From assembly GCA_037381985.1 (NCBI GenBank), contig JARRQH010000010.1:53-64052 (forward strand): 64,000 bases of DNA. Reading direction: 5' to 3'. The notes under the pieces are model-generated. The model was not told the origin of the DNA. It did no database searches and was given only the letters and a program-made list of their open reading frames with translations. This stretch comes from Pseudolabrys sp. (GTDB lineage Bacteria > Pseudomonadota > Alphaproteobacteria > Rhizobiales > Xanthobacteraceae). Both the position numbers and the translations under genes were made by a program. The stretch's first letter is position 1; the number at the start of each line of letters is the position of its first letter. Shown piece by piece: positions 45,517 to 57,190 of this stretch.

Positions 45517-46836
45517 CTACACCGGCAGCGTCCCGTTCTCGCGCAGCACCTCGCCGGCGAGATATAGCGAACCAGTGATCAGGATGCGCGGCGGCGGCTC
45601 GAGGTCGAGCTTGCGCACGGCGTCGAGCGCTTCGCCGAGATCGTCGCGGCTGGTCGCAGGCAGGCCGATGACGCGCGCGGTGGCGGCGAGGTCTTCCGCC
45701 GGCACGCCGGACTGTGCGCTGGCGATCGGCACCGCGATCAGCCGGCGCGCGAGGCCGGTGAAGTTGCGCAGAAATCCCTCGGCGTCCTTGTTCGACAGCA
45801 TGCCGACGATCAGCACCAGCGGCCGCGACACCCGCTCTTCCAGATCGGCGAGCGTCGCCGCGATGGCGCGGCCACCGTCGGGATTGTGACCGCCGTCGAG
45901 CCACAGCTCGCTGCCGGGCGGCGCCAAATCGACCAACTTGCCCTGCGGCAGGCGATGCAACCGCGCCGGCCAGTCGGCCTTGGTCATGCCAACCTCGTAG
46001 GCCGACGGCGGCAGCTTGAACGCGGTCAGCGTGCGCAAGGCCGCGATCGCCATGCCGGCGTTCTCGAACTGATGGCGGCCGTAAAGCTTCGGCGCCGGCA
46101 GGTCGAGCAGGCCCGCGTCGTCCTGATAGACCAGCCGCCCGCGTTCCTCGGTCGCCGTCCAGTCCTCGCCGGCGATCTTGAGCGGCGCTTCCAGCCGCGC
46201 CGCCTGGCGCTCGATCACTTGCAGCGCATCGCGCGGCTGCGAGGCGATGATCGCCGGCACGCCGCGCTTGATGATGCCGGCCTTTTCGGTCGCGATCGCT
46301 TCCAGGTTGTCGCCCAGGTAATCGATATGATCGATCGAGATGCGGGTGATGATACTGGCCAGCGGATGGGCAATGACGTTGGTGGCATCCAACCGGCCGC
46401 CGAGGCCGACCTCCAGCAGCAGAATGTCCGCCGGGTTGCGCGCGAACAGCAGCAGGCCAGCCGCCGTGGTGATCTCGAACACGGTGATGGGCGCGTCGCC
46501 GTTGGCGCGCTCGCATTCCTCCAGCGCGGCGGAGAGTTCCTCGTCGGAGACGAGCCGCCCTTCGCCTTCGGCCGCGAGACGGAAGCGCTCATTGTAACGC
46601 ACCAGATGCGGCGAGGTATAGGTGTGCACGCGCTTTCCGCCCGCTTCCAGGATGGCGCGCAAGAAGGCGATGGTGGAACCCTTGCCGTTGGTGCCGGCGA
46701 CATGGATCACCGGCGGCAGATGCCGTTCGGGATGATCGAGTGCGGCCAGCAGACGCTCGAGGCGGCCGAGCGACAAGTCGATGCGCTTGGGATGCAGCGC
46801 GGTCAGTCGGGTGAGAATGGAGTCGATGGGGGTCAT
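45517..46836 (-). CDS. folC: Folylpolyglutamate synthase/dihydrofolate synthase
   Basis: HVAGTNGKGS, YTSPHL, EVGLGGRLDATN, WPAR, LDGGHN, GSLYLAG. Confidence 0.97.
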   Translation of the reverse strand: MTPIDSILTRLTALHPKRIDLSLGRLERLLAALDHPERHLPPVIHVAGTNGKGSTIAFLRAILEAGGKRVHTYTSPHLVRYNERFRLAAEGEGRLVSDEELSAALEECERANGDAPITVFEITTAAGLLLFARNPADILLLEVGLGGRLDATNVIAHPLASIITRISIDHIDYLGDNLEAIATEKAGIIKRGVPAIIASQPRDALQVIERQAARLEAPLKIAGEDWTATEERGRLVYQDDAGLLDLPAPKLYGRHQFENAGMAIAALRTLTAFKLPPSAYEVGMTKADWPARLHRLPQGKLVDLAPPGSELWLDGGHNPDGGRAIAATLADLEERVSRPLVLIVGMLSNKDAEGFLRNFTGLARRLIAVPIASAQSGVPAEDLAATARVIGLPATSRDDLGEALDAVRKLDLEPPPRILITGSLYLAGEVLRENGTLPV

Positions 46837-46856
46837 GAGTTTCAAGGGCCTAGCTC

Positions 46857-46988
46857 CGTCATCCTGAGGTGCCCGCCACCGGGTCCGCGCAGAGCGCGGC
46901 CCGATGATAAACTCCGCGGGCCTCGAAGGATGGCGGCCGTCGCCCTTCGAGGCTTGGCCGCTTCGCGGCCTCGCGCCTCAGGGTAACG
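46857..46988. repeat. CGTC-type palindromic repeat pair (family C)
   Basis: CGTCATCCTGAGGTG...CCTCGAAGGATG / CCCTTCGAGG...CCTCAGGGTAACG. Confidence 0.8.
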
Positions 46989-47020
46989 GGGATAGATATA
47001 GCGCTTGGCGGCCAGCGCCG

Positions 47021-47959
47021 TCACGTCGGCACTTGCACCGCCGGTTGAACCGGTGTTTCGGGCGGTTGCGCCTTCGCTTCCGGCGGCGGCAACGGCGCGG
47101 CTTTGGCAGGCGCCGGGATCTTGGTCAAGAGCCGACAGAGTTCCGCCAGCGTCGACCGCAATTGATGTCGGTGCACCACCATGTCGACCATGCCGTGGGC
47201 CTCCAGGTATTCGGCGCGCTGGAAGCCTTCCGGCAATTTTTCGCGAATGGTCTGCTCGATGACACGCGGACCGGCGAAGCCGATCAGCGCGCCGGGCTCC
47301 GCCAATTGCACGTCGCCCAGCATGGCATAGGACGCCGTGACGCCGCCGGTGGTCGGGTTGGTCAGCACGACGATGTAGGGCAGCTTGGCCTCGCGCAGCA
47401 TCTGGATGGCGGCGGTGGTGCGCGGCATCTGCATGAGCGAGAGGATGCCCTCCTGCATGCGCGCGCCGCTGCCGGCCGCGAACATGATGAACGGTGTCTG
47501 CCGCTTGAGCGCGGTCTGCAAGCCGGTGACCACCGCTTCGCCGGCCGCCATGCCGAGCGAGCCGCCCATGAAATCGAAATCCTGCACGGCGATGGTGACC
47601 ATCTGCCCATCGAGACGGCCGACGCCGACCTTGATAGCGTCCTGCGCCCCGGTCTTGGCGCGGGCGTCGCGCAGGCGGTCGGCATAGCGACGCTCGTCGC
47701 GGAAGCGCAAAGGATCGACCGGCACCTCCGGCACCGCGACGTCTTCGAACTCGCCGTTGTCGAACATGCCCTTCAGACGCAGCGGCGCCGAGATGCGCAT
47801 GTGGTAGTTCGACGCCGGGATGACGAACTGGTTGGCCTCGACGTCCTTGTAGAACACGAGCTGGCCGGTCTCCGGGCATTTGATCCAGAGATTTTCCGGC
47901 GTCTCGCGGCGCAGGAAGCTGCGGATTTTCGGCCGGACGACGTTGGAGATCCAGTTCAT
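47021..47959 (-). CDS. accD: Acetyl-CoA carboxylase carboxyltransferase beta subunit
   Basis: [43 protein letters not shown]. Confidence 0.97.
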   Translation of the reverse strand: MNWISNVVRPKIRSFLRRETPENLWIKCPETGQLVFYKDVEANQFVIPASNYHMRISAPLRLKGMFDNGEFEDVAVPEVPVDPLRFRDERRYADRLRDARAKTGAQDAIKVGVGRLDGQMVTIAVQDFDFMGGSLGMAAGEAVVTGLQTALKRQTPFIMFAAGSGARMQEGILSLMQMPRTTAAIQMLREAKLPYIVVLTNPTTGGVTASYAMLGDVQLAEPGALIGFAGPRVIEQTIREKLPEGFQRAEYLEAHGMVDMVVHRHQLRSTLAELCRLLTKIPAPAKAAPLPPPEAKAQPPETPVQPAVQVPT

Positions 47960-48792
47960 GCGTCTACCCGTCGTGCTGAACGAACGCCCTGTGCGATGTC
48001 GGCCACCGCAGCGCTGACCGCCTTGACCGTGCCGGCGGTGGCCTTGCCGTCCTTGTCGAGCGTCTTGGCGAGCGCGTCGATCAGGGCCGAACCCACCACC
48101 ACGCCGTCGGCGCCCTCGGCGATCGCCTGCGCGCTGGCCGCGTTCTTGACGCCGAAGCCGACCGCCACCGGCAGGTCGGTATGGCGCTTGATGCGCTGAA
48201 CCGCCGCGGTGACCTTGGAGGTATCCGGAATGGCCGAGCCGGTGATGCCGGTGATCGACACGTAATAGACGAAACCCGACGTGTTGTTGAGCACCGCCGG
48301 CAGGCGCTTGTCGTCGGTGGTCGGCGTCGCCAGCCGGATGAAATTGATGCCCGCCTTCAGCGCCGGAATGCAGAGCTCTTCGTCCTCCTCCGGCGGCAGG
48401 TCGACGATAATAAGCCCGTCGACGCCGGCGGCCTTGGCGTCGGCGAGAAACGTGTCGACACCGTAGATGTAGATCGGATTGTAATAGCCCATCAGCACGA
48501 TCGGCGTCGCGTCGTCGTCCTGGCGAAACGCGCGCACCATGGCGAGCGTCTTGGTCATGCGCTGGCCGGCTTTGAGCGCGCGCTGCCCGGCGGCCTGGAT
48601 CGACGGCCCGTCGGCCATGGGATCGGTGAACGGCATGCCGAGCTCGATGACGTCGGCGCCGGCTTTCGGCAGCGCCTTCATGACCGCGAGCGAGGTTTCG
48701 GGATCGGGATCGCCCGCCATGGTGAACGTCACCAGCGCGGCGCGGCCTTCCTGCTTCAACGCGGCGAAGCGCTTTTCGATGCGGGTGGTCAT
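47956..48792 (-). CDS. trpA: Tryptophan synthase alpha subunit
   Basis: [46 protein letters not shown]. Confidence 0.98.
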   Translation of the reverse strand: MTTRIEKRFAALKQEGRAALVTFTMAGDPDPETSLAVMKALPKAGADVIELGMPFTDPMADGPSIQAAGQRALKAGQRMTKTLAMVRAFRQDDDATPIVLMGYYNPIYIYGVDTFLADAKAAGVDGLIIVDLPPEEDEELCIPALKAGINFIRLATPTTDDKRLPAVLNNTSGFVYYVSITGITGSAIPDTSKVTAAVQRIKRHTDLPVAVGFGVKNAASAQAIAEGADGVVVGSALIDALAKTLDKDGKATAGTVKAVSAAVADIAQGVRSARRVDA

Positions 48793-50039
48793 TACTTCTT
48801 GCTTTCGAGAAACGCTTCGACCGACGCCAGGTCCTTGTCGCCGCGGCCGGAGACGCTGACCACCATGATGTGATCCTTCGGCCTCTCGGGCGCGAGCTCC
48901 AGCACCCTGGCCAAAGCGTGCGCCGGCTCCAGCGCCGGAATGATGCCTTCGAGCCGACTCACCAATTGGAACGCGGCCACCGCCTCGTCATCGGTGGCGG
49001 AAAGGAAATTCACCCGGCCCATGTCGTTGAGCCAGGCGTGCTCAGGACCGATGCCAGGATAGTCGAGACCGGCCGAAATCGAATGCGCTTCGATGATCTG
49101 ACCGTCGTCGTCCATCAGCAGATACGTTCGGTTGCCGTGCAGCACGCCCGGGCGGCCGCCGGTGATCGACGCGGCATGCTGGCCGCTCGGCACGCCGTGG
49201 CCGGCCGCTTCCACGCCGAAGATCTCGATGCCGTCGTCGTCGAGGAACGGATGAAACAGGCCCATGGCGTTGGAGCCGCCGCCGATGCAGGCGACCAGCG
49301 AATCCGGCAGCCGGCCTTCGGCTTCCATCATCTGCGCGCGCGTCTCGTTGCCGATGATCGACTGGAAATCGCGCACCATCGCCGGATAGGGATGCGGGCC
49401 GGCCACCGTGCCGATGCAGTAGAAGGTGTCGTCGACGTTGGTGACCCAGTCGCGCAGCGCCTCGTTCATGGCGTCCTTCAGCGTCTTCGAGCCGGACACG
49501 ACCGGCCGCACCTCGGCACCGAGGATCTTCATGCGCAGCACGTTGGGCTGCTGGCGCTCGACGTCCACTTCGCCCATGTAGACGATGCACGGCAGGCCGA
49601 ACTTGGCGCACAGCGTGGCGGTGGCGACGCCGTGCATGCCGGCTCCGGTTTCCGCGATGATGCGCTTCTTGCCCATGCGCAAGGCCAGCATGATCTGGCC
49701 GAGCACGTTGTTCACCTTGTGCGCGCCGGTGTGGTTGAGCTCCTCGCGCTTGAAGTAGATCTTGGCGCCGCCCGAAAGGCCGGAGGCCGTCTTGACGCTT
49801 CTGCAATGCTCGGTGAACCGCTCGGCGAAATAGAGCGGCGATGGCCTGCCGACATAGGTCGCGAGATGGCCGTCCATCTCTTTCTGGAAGGCGGGATCGG
49901 CCTTGGCGTCGTCGTAGGCCTTTTCCAGGTCGAGGATCAGCGGCATCAGCGTCTCGGCGACGAAGCGGCCGCCGTAGATGCCGAAATGCCCACGCTCGTC
50001 CGGGCCGGTGCGGTAAGAATTGGGACGCTGCACGCTCAT
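48792..50039 (-). CDS. trpB: Tryptophan synthase beta subunit
   Basis: [36 protein letters not shown]. Confidence 0.98.
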   Translation of the reverse strand: MSVQRPNSYRTGPDERGHFGIYGGRFVAETLMPLILDLEKAYDDAKADPAFQKEMDGHLATYVGRPSPLYFAERFTEHCRSVKTASGLSGGAKIYFKREELNHTGAHKVNNVLGQIMLALRMGKKRIIAETGAGMHGVATATLCAKFGLPCIVYMGEVDVERQQPNVLRMKILGAEVRPVVSGSKTLKDAMNEALRDWVTNVDDTFYCIGTVAGPHPYPAMVRDFQSIIGNETRAQMMEAEGRLPDSLVACIGGGSNAMGLFHPFLDDDGIEIFGVEAAGHGVPSGQHAASITGGRPGVLHGNRTYLLMDDDGQIIEAHSISAGLDYPGIGPEHAWLNDMGRVNFLSATDDEAVAAFQLVSRLEGIIPALEPAHALARVLELAPERPKDHIMVVSVSGRGDKDLASVEAFLESKK

Positions 50040-50710
50040 GCGTTGGTCGCTTTCAGATCGAGAGGCTTCTCCGCCGCGCGCGCGGCATGGACGAAGGCGT
50101 GAATTTTGTGCGGGTCCTTGACGCCGGGCCGGCTTTCGACGCCGGAGGACACGTCGACGCCGGGCGCATGGGTGATGGCGATGGCCTGACCGACATTGTC
50201 GGGATTGAGGCCGCCCGACAGCATGAACGGCACGCTCGTATTGACGTTGGCGAGCAGGTGCCAGTCGAACGGTTGGCCCAGGCCGCCTGGCCGGGTGGCG
50301 TGCTTGGGCGCGCGGGCGTCGAACAGAATGCGATCGGCGACATGGGCATATGAGCGCACCGGCGATAAGTCCGCGCGTTCGGCGATCGGCAGCGCCTTGA
50401 TGACCGGCAGGCCGTATCGGGTACGCACCGCCACGACGCGGTCCGGTGTCTCTCGGCCGTGCAGCTGCAGCATGTCTGGCTTCACCTCGCGCACGATGTC
50501 GGCGAGCATATGGTCGGTGGCGTCGACGGTCAGCGCGACGATTCCCGCCCGGCCCTTCACGTGCCGAACGAGTTGACGCGCGGCCTCGAACCCGAGATGG
50601 CGCGGGCTCGGCGGGAAGAACACGAAGCCGACCAGATCGGCCCCCGCTTGCAGCGCCACTTCGAGCGTGGCGGGGGTCCGCAGGCCGCAGATTTTGACGG
50701 TCAAAGCCAT
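50036..50710 (-). CDS. trpF: Phosphoribosylanthranilate isomerase
   Basis: [31 protein letters not shown]. Confidence 0.97.
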   Translation of the reverse strand: MALTVKICGLRTPATLEVALQAGADLVGFVFFPPSPRHLGFEAARQLVRHVKGRAGIVALTVDATDHMLADIVREVKPDMLQLHGRETPDRVVAVRTRYGLPVIKALPIAERADLSPVRSYAHVADRILFDARAPKHATRPGGLGQPFDWHLLANVNTSVPFMLSGGLNPDNVGQAIAITHAPGVDVSSGVESRPGVKDPHKIHAFVHAARAAEKPLDLKATNA

Positions 50711-50761
50711 AATGGCCAAGTTCTACCGCCTAATGCCCCCGCCGCAAAGCAGGAACCGGGC

Positions 50762-51178
50762 TTATGGATTACCCGGCGGAATCAGCGGATGGGGCCCGAT
50801 TCCGGCCCCTGGCCCCACGCCGGCGCCTGCACCCTGGCCCGATGCTTTACCGGCCTCGGCGGGCGGCGCCACAGCATGCTCGCGCCGGCGGATCGCGTCG
50901 ATCTCGGCATGCAGTTGGCGGACGTCGCTCTCCAGCCGGCGGGCGAGCCGCCGCCACTTGCCCTGGCGGAACCAGGCCGCCACGCCGCCGACGATGACCC
51001 CCAGGATCACCAGGACGAAGATCAATACGAACAGCGGCAGGGTCGCCGCATAGGCCGGCTGAGCCGAGGAGAACGGATCGAAGGAGACGGTCACCGCCTG
51101 TCGGTTGGCCACCGCGAAGGCCACGATGATCACGGCCAGTGGTATCAGGATGACAGCGATGACGATCTTGCGGAACAT
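50762..51178 (-). CDS. LapA/DUF1049 family membrane protein
   Basis: FAVANRQAVTVSFDPF, two TM segments; downstream of ihfB. Confidence 0.8.
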   Translation of the reverse strand: MFRKIVIAVILIPLAVIIVAFAVANRQAVTVSFDPFSSAQPAYAATLPLFVLIFVLVILGVIVGGVAAWFRQGKWRRLARRLESDVRQLHAEIDAIRRREHAVAPPAEAGKASGQGAGAGVGPGAGIGPHPLIPPGNP

Positions 51179-51221
51179 TGACCACCTCTTGTCCCGGACG
51201 CGGTACGGCCGCCCCCGAGGC

Positions 51222-51339
51222 TGTCATGCCCCGCGACGGCGGGACATCCAGTACGCGCAGTGCCCAAGCGTTACGCGAAGGTTATAGCGACCGGGTACCC
51301 CTATGAATACTGGATCGCCCGCTTTCGCGGTCGAGAACA
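51222..51339. repeat. CGTC-type REP inverted pair (family A, degenerate)
   Basis: TGTCATGCCCCGCGACGGCGGGACATCCAGTA ... TACTGGATCGCCCGCTTTCGCGGTCGAGAACA. Confidence 0.78.
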
Positions 51340-51367
51340 GCAAAATTTGACCGAAGGACGTCCCGAA

Positions 51368-51694
51368 TTACCCGCCCGAAACCGCGTTCTGCTCCGGCAT
51401 TTCGTCGGCGCCGGCGGCCTTGTTTAGGCGCTCGCGCATTTCCTTGCCGGTCTTGAAGAACGGCACTGACTTCTCATCGACCGACACGTGGGCACCGGTA
51501 CGCGGGTTCCGTCCGGTACGCGCCGGGCGGTGCTTGACCGAAAAGGCTCCGAACCCGCGCAATTCGACACGATCGCCACGCGCCATGGCGGCCGTGATCT
51601 CGCCAAGGATCGCGTTAACTATGTTTTCGACGTCGCGCTGATAGAGGTGCGGGTTCTGGGAGGCTATGCGTTGGACAAGTTCAGACTTGATCAT
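51368..51694 (-). CDS. ihfB: Integration host factor beta subunit
   Basis: [36 protein letters not shown]. Confidence 0.97.
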   Translation of the reverse strand: MIKSELVQRIASQNPHLYQRDVENIVNAILGEITAAMARGDRVELRGFGAFSVKHRPARTGRNPRTGAHVSVDEKSVPFFKTGKEMRERLNKAAGADEMPEQNAVSGG

Positions 51695-51703
51695 GACGCC
51701 GCC

Positions 51704-52690
51704 TTACTCGGGCCATCGGGAACCAGGAGGGTGCCAAAGCGCCAGCAGACCGTCAAGATTTAGTCTCTCCACCGCCCGCACCGCGCCCCAATCTTCCAGG
51801 CGGCGCGCCATCGCCGACAGGCCGACCGCATCGAAGGTCCAGGCCGCCACGTGCAGGAATGAAAGCTCGCTGAGGCGCGGCTCCAACGCATAATCCCGCA
51901 CCGGAAGATTTGCCGGCACCTTCTTCGCCTTTTCCAGCCAGGCGAGCGCGGTCTTCTCATTGCCGAGGCCGTCGATCAGCTTCAGCGGCAGCGCCTGACG
52001 GCCGGTGAAAACGCGGCCGTCATCGACGGCGGCGAGTTGCGCGTCGGTCATGTTGCGGCGGGTCTTCACGAGATTTTTGAACCAAGCATAGGAATCGAGC
52101 ACGATCGACTCAATGGCCGCGCGTGCCTCGGGGCTGGTGGGCTCGAACCCGTTGGGCGCCGCCTTAAGCGGCGTGGACTTGATCGACTCGACCTTGATGC
52201 CGAGGGTCTTCAGCGCCTCGGCGAAGTTCGGATACTGGAACAGCACGCCGATGGAGCCGACCAGCGAGGTGTCTTCCGCGATGATGCGGTCGCACGACAG
52301 CGCCGCGATGTAGGCGCCGGAGGCGGCAAGCCCGTCGACCACCACCACCGTCGGTTTCTTCGCCTGCAACGCGCGCAGGCTGTTGAAGAGCTGCTGCGAG
52401 CCGGCGGTGGTTCCGCCCGGGCTGTTGATATGCACGATCACCGCGCGCGCGGCCGTCGACTTGGCGAGCTTGTCCAGCGCGTCGACGCGATTCTCGTTAT
52501 CGCGGATCAGACCCTTGATGTGCAGGCGCGCGATGTAGCCCGGCTGCGGCAGCAGATGTCCGCCGGGCGTCAGCGCGACGATCAGTCCGACCACCGCCAG
52601 CAGGACGACGGCCAGCGCGGCAATGCGCCAGAAGGCGAGTTTGCGCCGTAGCCGGCGGCGATCGACGATGGCATCGGCATCGAGCGACAT
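51704..52690 (-). CDS. sppA: Signal peptide peptidase SppA (36K type)
   Basis: INSPGG, AASGAY, GSIGV, DGRVFTG. Confidence 0.93.
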   Translation of the reverse strand: MSLDADAIVDRRRLRRKLAFWRIAALAVVLLAVVGLIVALTPGGHLLPQPGYIARLHIKGLIRDNENRVDALDKLAKSTAARAVIVHINSPGGTTAGSQQLFNSLRALQAKKPTVVVVDGLAASGAYIAALSCDRIIAEDTSLVGSIGVLFQYPNFAEALKTLGIKVESIKSTPLKAAPNGFEPTSPEARAAIESIVLDSYAWFKNLVKTRRNMTDAQLAAVDDGRVFTGRQALPLKLIDGLGNEKTALAWLEKAKKVPANLPVRDYALEPRLSELSFLHVAAWTFDAVGLSAMARRLEDWGAVRAVERLNLDGLLALWHPPGSRWPE

Positions 52691-52782
52691 GGGTTTGCGT
52701 TCCTCATGGCATGGAGACGTGCGGTCACGGCGCTTGGGTGGCCAATTCTTAGGCCGATTCTTGGCACGAACGTGTCGAAAAG

Positions 52783-52811
52783 AAAAACCCCCGGGGAACG
52801 GGCCCCGGGGG
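52783..52811 (-). terminator. rpsA intrinsic terminator
   Basis: Minus strand CCCCCGGGG-CCCGTT-CCCCGGGGGTTTTT. Confidence 0.75.
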
Positions 52812-52843
52812 CTTATTGTCGCGATATCGCGCGTGAAAGAGCG

Positions 52844-54571
52844 TCAGTCTTCACTCTTTTCGGTCTCGGTCTCACCCTCGGCACGCTGCTTGAGCGCCGC
52901 GCCCAGGATGTCGCCGAGCGACGCACCGGAGTCGGACGAGCCATATTGCGCGATGGCTTCCTTCTCCTCGGCCACTTCCAGGGCCTTGATGGAGATGCCG
53001 AGCTTGTGGGTCTTGCGGTCGAACTGGGTGACGCGGGCGTCCACCTTCTGACCGACGGCGAAACGCTCGGGACGCTGCTCGCCGCGGTCGCGGGCGAGAT
53101 CCGAACGCTTGATGAACGCGGAGAGGTCGGTGCCGGCGATCTTCACGTCGATGCCGCTATCCTTCACCTCGGTCACTTCGCAGGTGACCACCGCGCCCTT
53201 CTTCAGTTCGCCGGCCGACTCCATGGGATCGCCCGCGAGCTGCTTGATGCCGAGCGCGATGCGTTCCTTCTCCACGTCGACGTCGAGCACCTGGGCCTTG
53301 ACCATGTCGCCCTTCTTGTACTCGTCGATGACCTGCTCGCCCGGACGCTTCCAGTCGTGATCGGACAGATGGACCATGCCGTCGACGTCGCCGTCGAGGC
53401 CGAGGAACAGGCCGAATTCGGTCTTGTTCTTGACCTCGCCCTCGACCACCGAGCCGGGCGGGTGGGTCTCGACGAAGACCTCCCACGGATTGCGCATGGT
53501 CTGCTTGAGACCGAGCGAGATGCGGCGCTTGACCGGATCGACCTCGAGGATCTGCACTTCGACTTCCTGCGAAGTGGAGACGATCTTGCCGGGATGGACG
53601 TTCTTCTTGGTCCACGACATCTCGGAGACGTGGATGAGGCCCTCGATGCCCGGCTCCAGCTCCACGAAGGCGCCGTAGTCGGTGATGTTGGTGACGCGGC
53701 CCTTGAACTTGGCGTGCACCGGATACTTGGCCTCGATGCCCTGCCACGGATCGTCCAGCAACTGCTTCATGCCGAGCGAGATGCGGTGGGTCTCGTGGTT
53801 GATCTTGATAATCTTGACATTGACATGCTGGCCAATGGACAGCACCTCGGTCGGGTGATTGACGCGCCGCCAGGCGATGTCGGTGACGTGCAGCAGGCCG
53901 TCGATACCGCCAAGGTCGACGAAGGCGCCGTAGTCGGTGATGTTCTTCACCACGCCTTCGATCACCTGACCCTCTTCGAGGTTCTGCACCAGCTCCTGGC
54001 GCTGCTCGGCGCGGGTCTCTTCCAGCACGGTGCGGCGCGACACCACGATGTTGCCGCGGCGGCGATCCATCTTGAGGATCTGGAACGGCTGGTTGACGTT
54101 CATCAGCGGGGTGACGTCGCGGATCGGGCGGATGTCCACCTGCGACCGCGGCAGGAAGGCCACGGCGCCGTCGAGATCGACGGTGAAGCCACCCTTGACC
54201 TGGTTGAAGATGACGCCGGTGACCTTTTCGTTGGCCTGGAACGCCTTCTCCAGCTTGCCCCAGCTCTCCTCGCGCCGCGCCTTGTCGCGCGACAGCACCG
54301 CCTCACCGAGCGCGTTCTCGACGCGCTCCAGGTAGACCTCGACCTCGTCGCCGATCTTGATCTCGGACTGGCGGCCGGGCGCCGCGAATTCGCGCAGCGC
54401 AACGCGCCCTTCGGTCTTCAGCCCAACGTCGATGACGGCGAGGTCCTTTTCGATGCCGACGACCTTGCCCTTGATGACGGAACCTTCCTGCAGGTTTCCG
54501 CCCTCGAAGGACTCGTCGAGCATGGCGGCGAAATCTTCACGCGTGGGGGTGTGAGCAGCAGCGGTGGCCAT
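52844..54571 (-). CDS. rpsA: 30S ribosomal protein S1
   Basis: Six S1 repeats (KNITDYGAFVDL, DGLLHVTD, RISLG). Confidence 0.99.
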   Translation of the reverse strand: MATAAAHTPTREDFAAMLDESFEGGNLQEGSVIKGKVVGIEKDLAVIDVGLKTEGRVALREFAAPGRQSEIKIGDEVEVYLERVENALGEAVLSRDKARREESWGKLEKAFQANEKVTGVIFNQVKGGFTVDLDGAVAFLPRSQVDIRPIRDVTPLMNVNQPFQILKMDRRRGNIVVSRRTVLEETRAEQRQELVQNLEEGQVIEGVVKNITDYGAFVDLGGIDGLLHVTDIAWRRVNHPTEVLSIGQHVNVKIIKINHETHRISLGMKQLLDDPWQGIEAKYPVHAKFKGRVTNITDYGAFVELEPGIEGLIHVSEMSWTKKNVHPGKIVSTSQEVEVQILEVDPVKRRISLGLKQTMRNPWEVFVETHPPGSVVEGEVKNKTEFGLFLGLDGDVDGMVHLSDHDWKRPGEQVIDEYKKGDMVKAQVLDVDVEKERIALGIKQLAGDPMESAGELKKGAVVTCEVTEVKDSGIDVKIAGTDLSAFIKRSDLARDRGEQRPERFAVGQKVDARVTQFDRKTHKLGISIKALEVAEEKEAIAQYGSSDSGASLGDILGAALKQRAEGETETEKSED

Positions 54572-54769
54572 AGAATCTCCTGTTGAGCGGTTGCGCCGGC
54601 GGGTTGGAATGGCGTTCGAGACGTGCGGGCCGAAGTTTCCGCAATGCTTCGGCGGCCTCCGGGAATCCCGGATGGCCGGCGCAGAGTCCGTGCGTCTGGA
54701 ACGATTGAGCGTGGCGGGGCGCCTAACGCAGAGGCTCGAGCGGGACTTTGTCCTCCAACACGAGGGGCG

Positions 54770-55256
54770 TTAGCCGCGCCCTCGGCCCACTCGGCCTGCC
54801 TCGACGATATCGATGGCGGCCCGGATTGCCGCGTCTATATCCAAAGTTGTCGTATCCAGCAAGTATGCATCCGGGGCCTGCTTCAAAGGGGCGGCGGCGC
54901 GGTTCATGTCGCGCTCATCCCGAGCCTGAATGTCGGCGAGCACCGTCGCCAGCTCGGCCGGCTGCCCGGCGGCCGCATACTCCTTGGCGCGGGGAAATCG
55001 CCGAGACGACCGAGGCCGCCTCGCCGACGGCCGCGCTTTTGAGGGCTTTTTCATCGAAATTCGCCGGATTGAGCGCCTTGGCGGCAGCCACCGCTGCGTC
55101 GGTATCATCCGGCCGGCGGCCGGCGTCGAGTAGGCTCTTCGCCACCGCCCGGTACAGCAGCCCGGTGTCGAGATGGCGCAGGCCGTAATGGGCGGCGAGC
55201 TTCTTGCCCAGGGTGCCCTTGCCGGAGGCTGCGGGGCCGTCGATGGCGATGATCAT
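54770..55256 (-). pseudogene. cmk: Cytidylate kinase with internal deletion and frameshift
   Basis: [29 protein letters not shown], then out-of-frame jump near 54993 to RAKEY...[22 protein letters not shown]; the DGRDIGT motif is absent. Confidence 0.85.
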
Positions 55257-56608
55257 GCCAGATCCGCCCCAAGCCCACGCATCAGCTCGACGAAGCCGGG
55301 GAAGCTGGTGGCGATGAAGGCCGAGTCGTCGATCCGCACCGGGTTCTCGCTGGCGAGCCCCATGACCAGCGCCGACATGGCGATGCGGTGATCCATTTGG
55401 GTGGCGACTTCACCACCACCTGGGACCGCGCCGCCGTGCACGATCATGTCGTCGCCGTCGATCTCCACATTGACGCCATTGACCCGCAGCATGTCGGCGG
55501 TCGCTTCCAGGCGGTCGCTTTCCTTCACTCGCAGCTCCTGCAGGCCCTTCATGCGCGTCGTGCCTTCGGCGAAGGCCGCTGCCACCGCCAGCACCAGGTA
55601 TTCGTCGATCATCGACGGCGCCCGCTCGGCCGGCACCTCGACGCCCTTCAGCTTGGAGAACCGCACCCGCAGGTCGGCGACTTCCTCACCGCCGTCGGAG
55701 CGCGTTTCCAGGGCTTCGATGTCGGCGCCCATTTCGCGCAGGGTCGTAAAGAGGCCGGTGCGCAGCGGGTTGGTCATCACCGCCTCCAGCACCACCTCGG
55801 AGCCCGGCACGATCAGCGCCGCCACCAGCGGAAACGCCGCCGACGACGGGTCGGCCGGCACCACCACCTGCGCGGGCTGGAGTTCCGGCTGGCCGGTGAG
55901 CGTGATGCGACGGCCGTGCTGGCCGTGCGGCTTGGAGACGATCTTGGCGCCGAAATGCTTGAGCATGCGTTCGGTGTGGTCGCGGCTCGCCTCGGTCTCG
56001 ATCACCGTGGTCTCGCCCGGCACCGACAGCCCCGCCAGCAGCACCGCCGACTTGAGCTGGGCCGACGGCACCGGCGATTCGTAGACGATCGGTAGCGGAT
56101 CGGCGGCGCCGGCAAGCGTGAGCGGCAGGCGGCCGCCTTCGGCCTCCTCGATCACCCGGGCGCCCATGCGCTCCAGGGGATCGAGCACACGCCGCATCGG
56201 CCGTTTACGCAGGGAAGCGTCGCCGTCGAAGGTCGCGGTCACCGGCGAGCCGGCCACCGCCCCCAGCACCAGCCGGCAGCCGGTGCCGGAATTGCCGAAA
56301 TCAAGGGGCGCCGCCGGCGCCGCGAAACCGCCGACCCCGACGCCATGGATCCGCCACACCCCGTCCTCGCCGCGCGTGAGCCGGGCGCCCAGGGCTCGCA
56401 TGGCATCCGCCGTGTGCAGGACGTCCTCGCCCTCCAGCAGGCCTGAAACCGTGCTCTCCCCGACCGTCAGGGCGGCGAGGATGAGGGCGCGGTGGGAAAT
56501 CGACTTGTCGCCCGGCACCCGGGCGCGGCCCCGCAGGGAGCCGCCGCGGCGGGCGGTCACCGGGGTCGAATTAGGGGTCAAATCGGGGGTCGAAACGGCG
56601 CTGTTCAC
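55253..56608 (-). CDS. aroA: EPSP synthase (class II)
   Basis: [41 protein letters not shown]. Confidence 0.97.
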   Translation of the reverse strand: MNSAVSTPDLTPNSTPVTARRGGSLRGRARVPGDKSISHRALILAALTVGESTVSGLLEGEDVLHTADAMRALGARLTRGEDGVWRIHGVGVGGFAAPAAPLDFGNSGTGCRLVLGAVAGSPVTATFDGDASLRKRPMRRVLDPLERMGARVIEEAEGGRLPLTLAGAADPLPIVYESPVPSAQLKSAVLLAGLSVPGETTVIETEASRDHTERMLKHFGAKIVSKPHGQHGRRITLTGQPELQPAQVVVPADPSSAAFPLVAALIVPGSEVVLEAVMTNPLRTGLFTTLREMGADIEALETRSDGGEEVADLRVRFSKLKGVEVPAERAPSMIDEYLVLAVAAAFAEGTTRMKGLQELRVKESDRLEATADMLRVNGVNVEIDGDDMIVHGGAVPGGGEVATQMDHRIAMSALVMGLASENPVRIDDSAFIATSFPGFVELMRGLGADLA

Positions 56609-56772
56609 CGGGTGTTATCCTTGAGAGGCCGCGCCCTCCTACCACGCGCCCGCGCGGGCCGTCATCCTGCCGGCGCGGCAACACGGGGCCTTCTGCGGTA
56701 TTGACAGGCGCGCCGCAACTAGCCAAGTGAAGCACCGATTCAAAGCCGCCTTATTCCGAGGAACACCGACCC

Positions 56773-57183
56773 GTGGCGAAAACCGATCTGGGCACCAAGC
56801 GCATCTGTCCCGATACCGGCCGCAAGTTTTACGATTTGAACAAGACGCCGGTGATCTCGCCCTACACCGGCAAAGTCGTGCCGATCGCGGCCGCGCCGGC
56901 GTCGCGCGCGCGGCCCGAGCAGGCTTCTCCCAAGCCCGCCGCCGAGGAGACCGAGACGGCCACGCCGGAGACCGCCGACGTCGAGATCGTCTCGCTGGAG
57001 GACGCCGACGCCGAGAAGGAAGGTAAGAAGAAGGCCACCGCGGAAGCGGACGTCGACAGCGACGACGAAGACGTCGAGATCGGCGACGACGAGGACGATA
57101 CCTTCATCGAGGAAGACGAGGAAGGCGATACCGACGTGAGCGACATCATCGGCGACGGTATCGAAAAGGAAGAAGAGAGCTGA
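56773..57183 (+). CDS. TIGR02300 (FYDLN_acid) family protein
   Basis: LGTKRICP..G.KFYDLN, acidic tail. Confidence 0.93.
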   Translation: MAKTDLGTKRICPDTGRKFYDLNKTPVISPYTGKVVPIAAAPASRARPEQASPKPAAEETETATPETADVEIVSLEDADAEKEGKKKATAEADVDSDDEDVEIGDDEDDTFIEEDEEGDTDVSDIIGDGIEKEEES

Positions 57184-57190
57184 TTGGCAT

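Noticed and set aside
52761-52776. Sigma54 promoter at TTGGCACG
   Set aside because: No TTGC at the -12 position, and it points away from sppA
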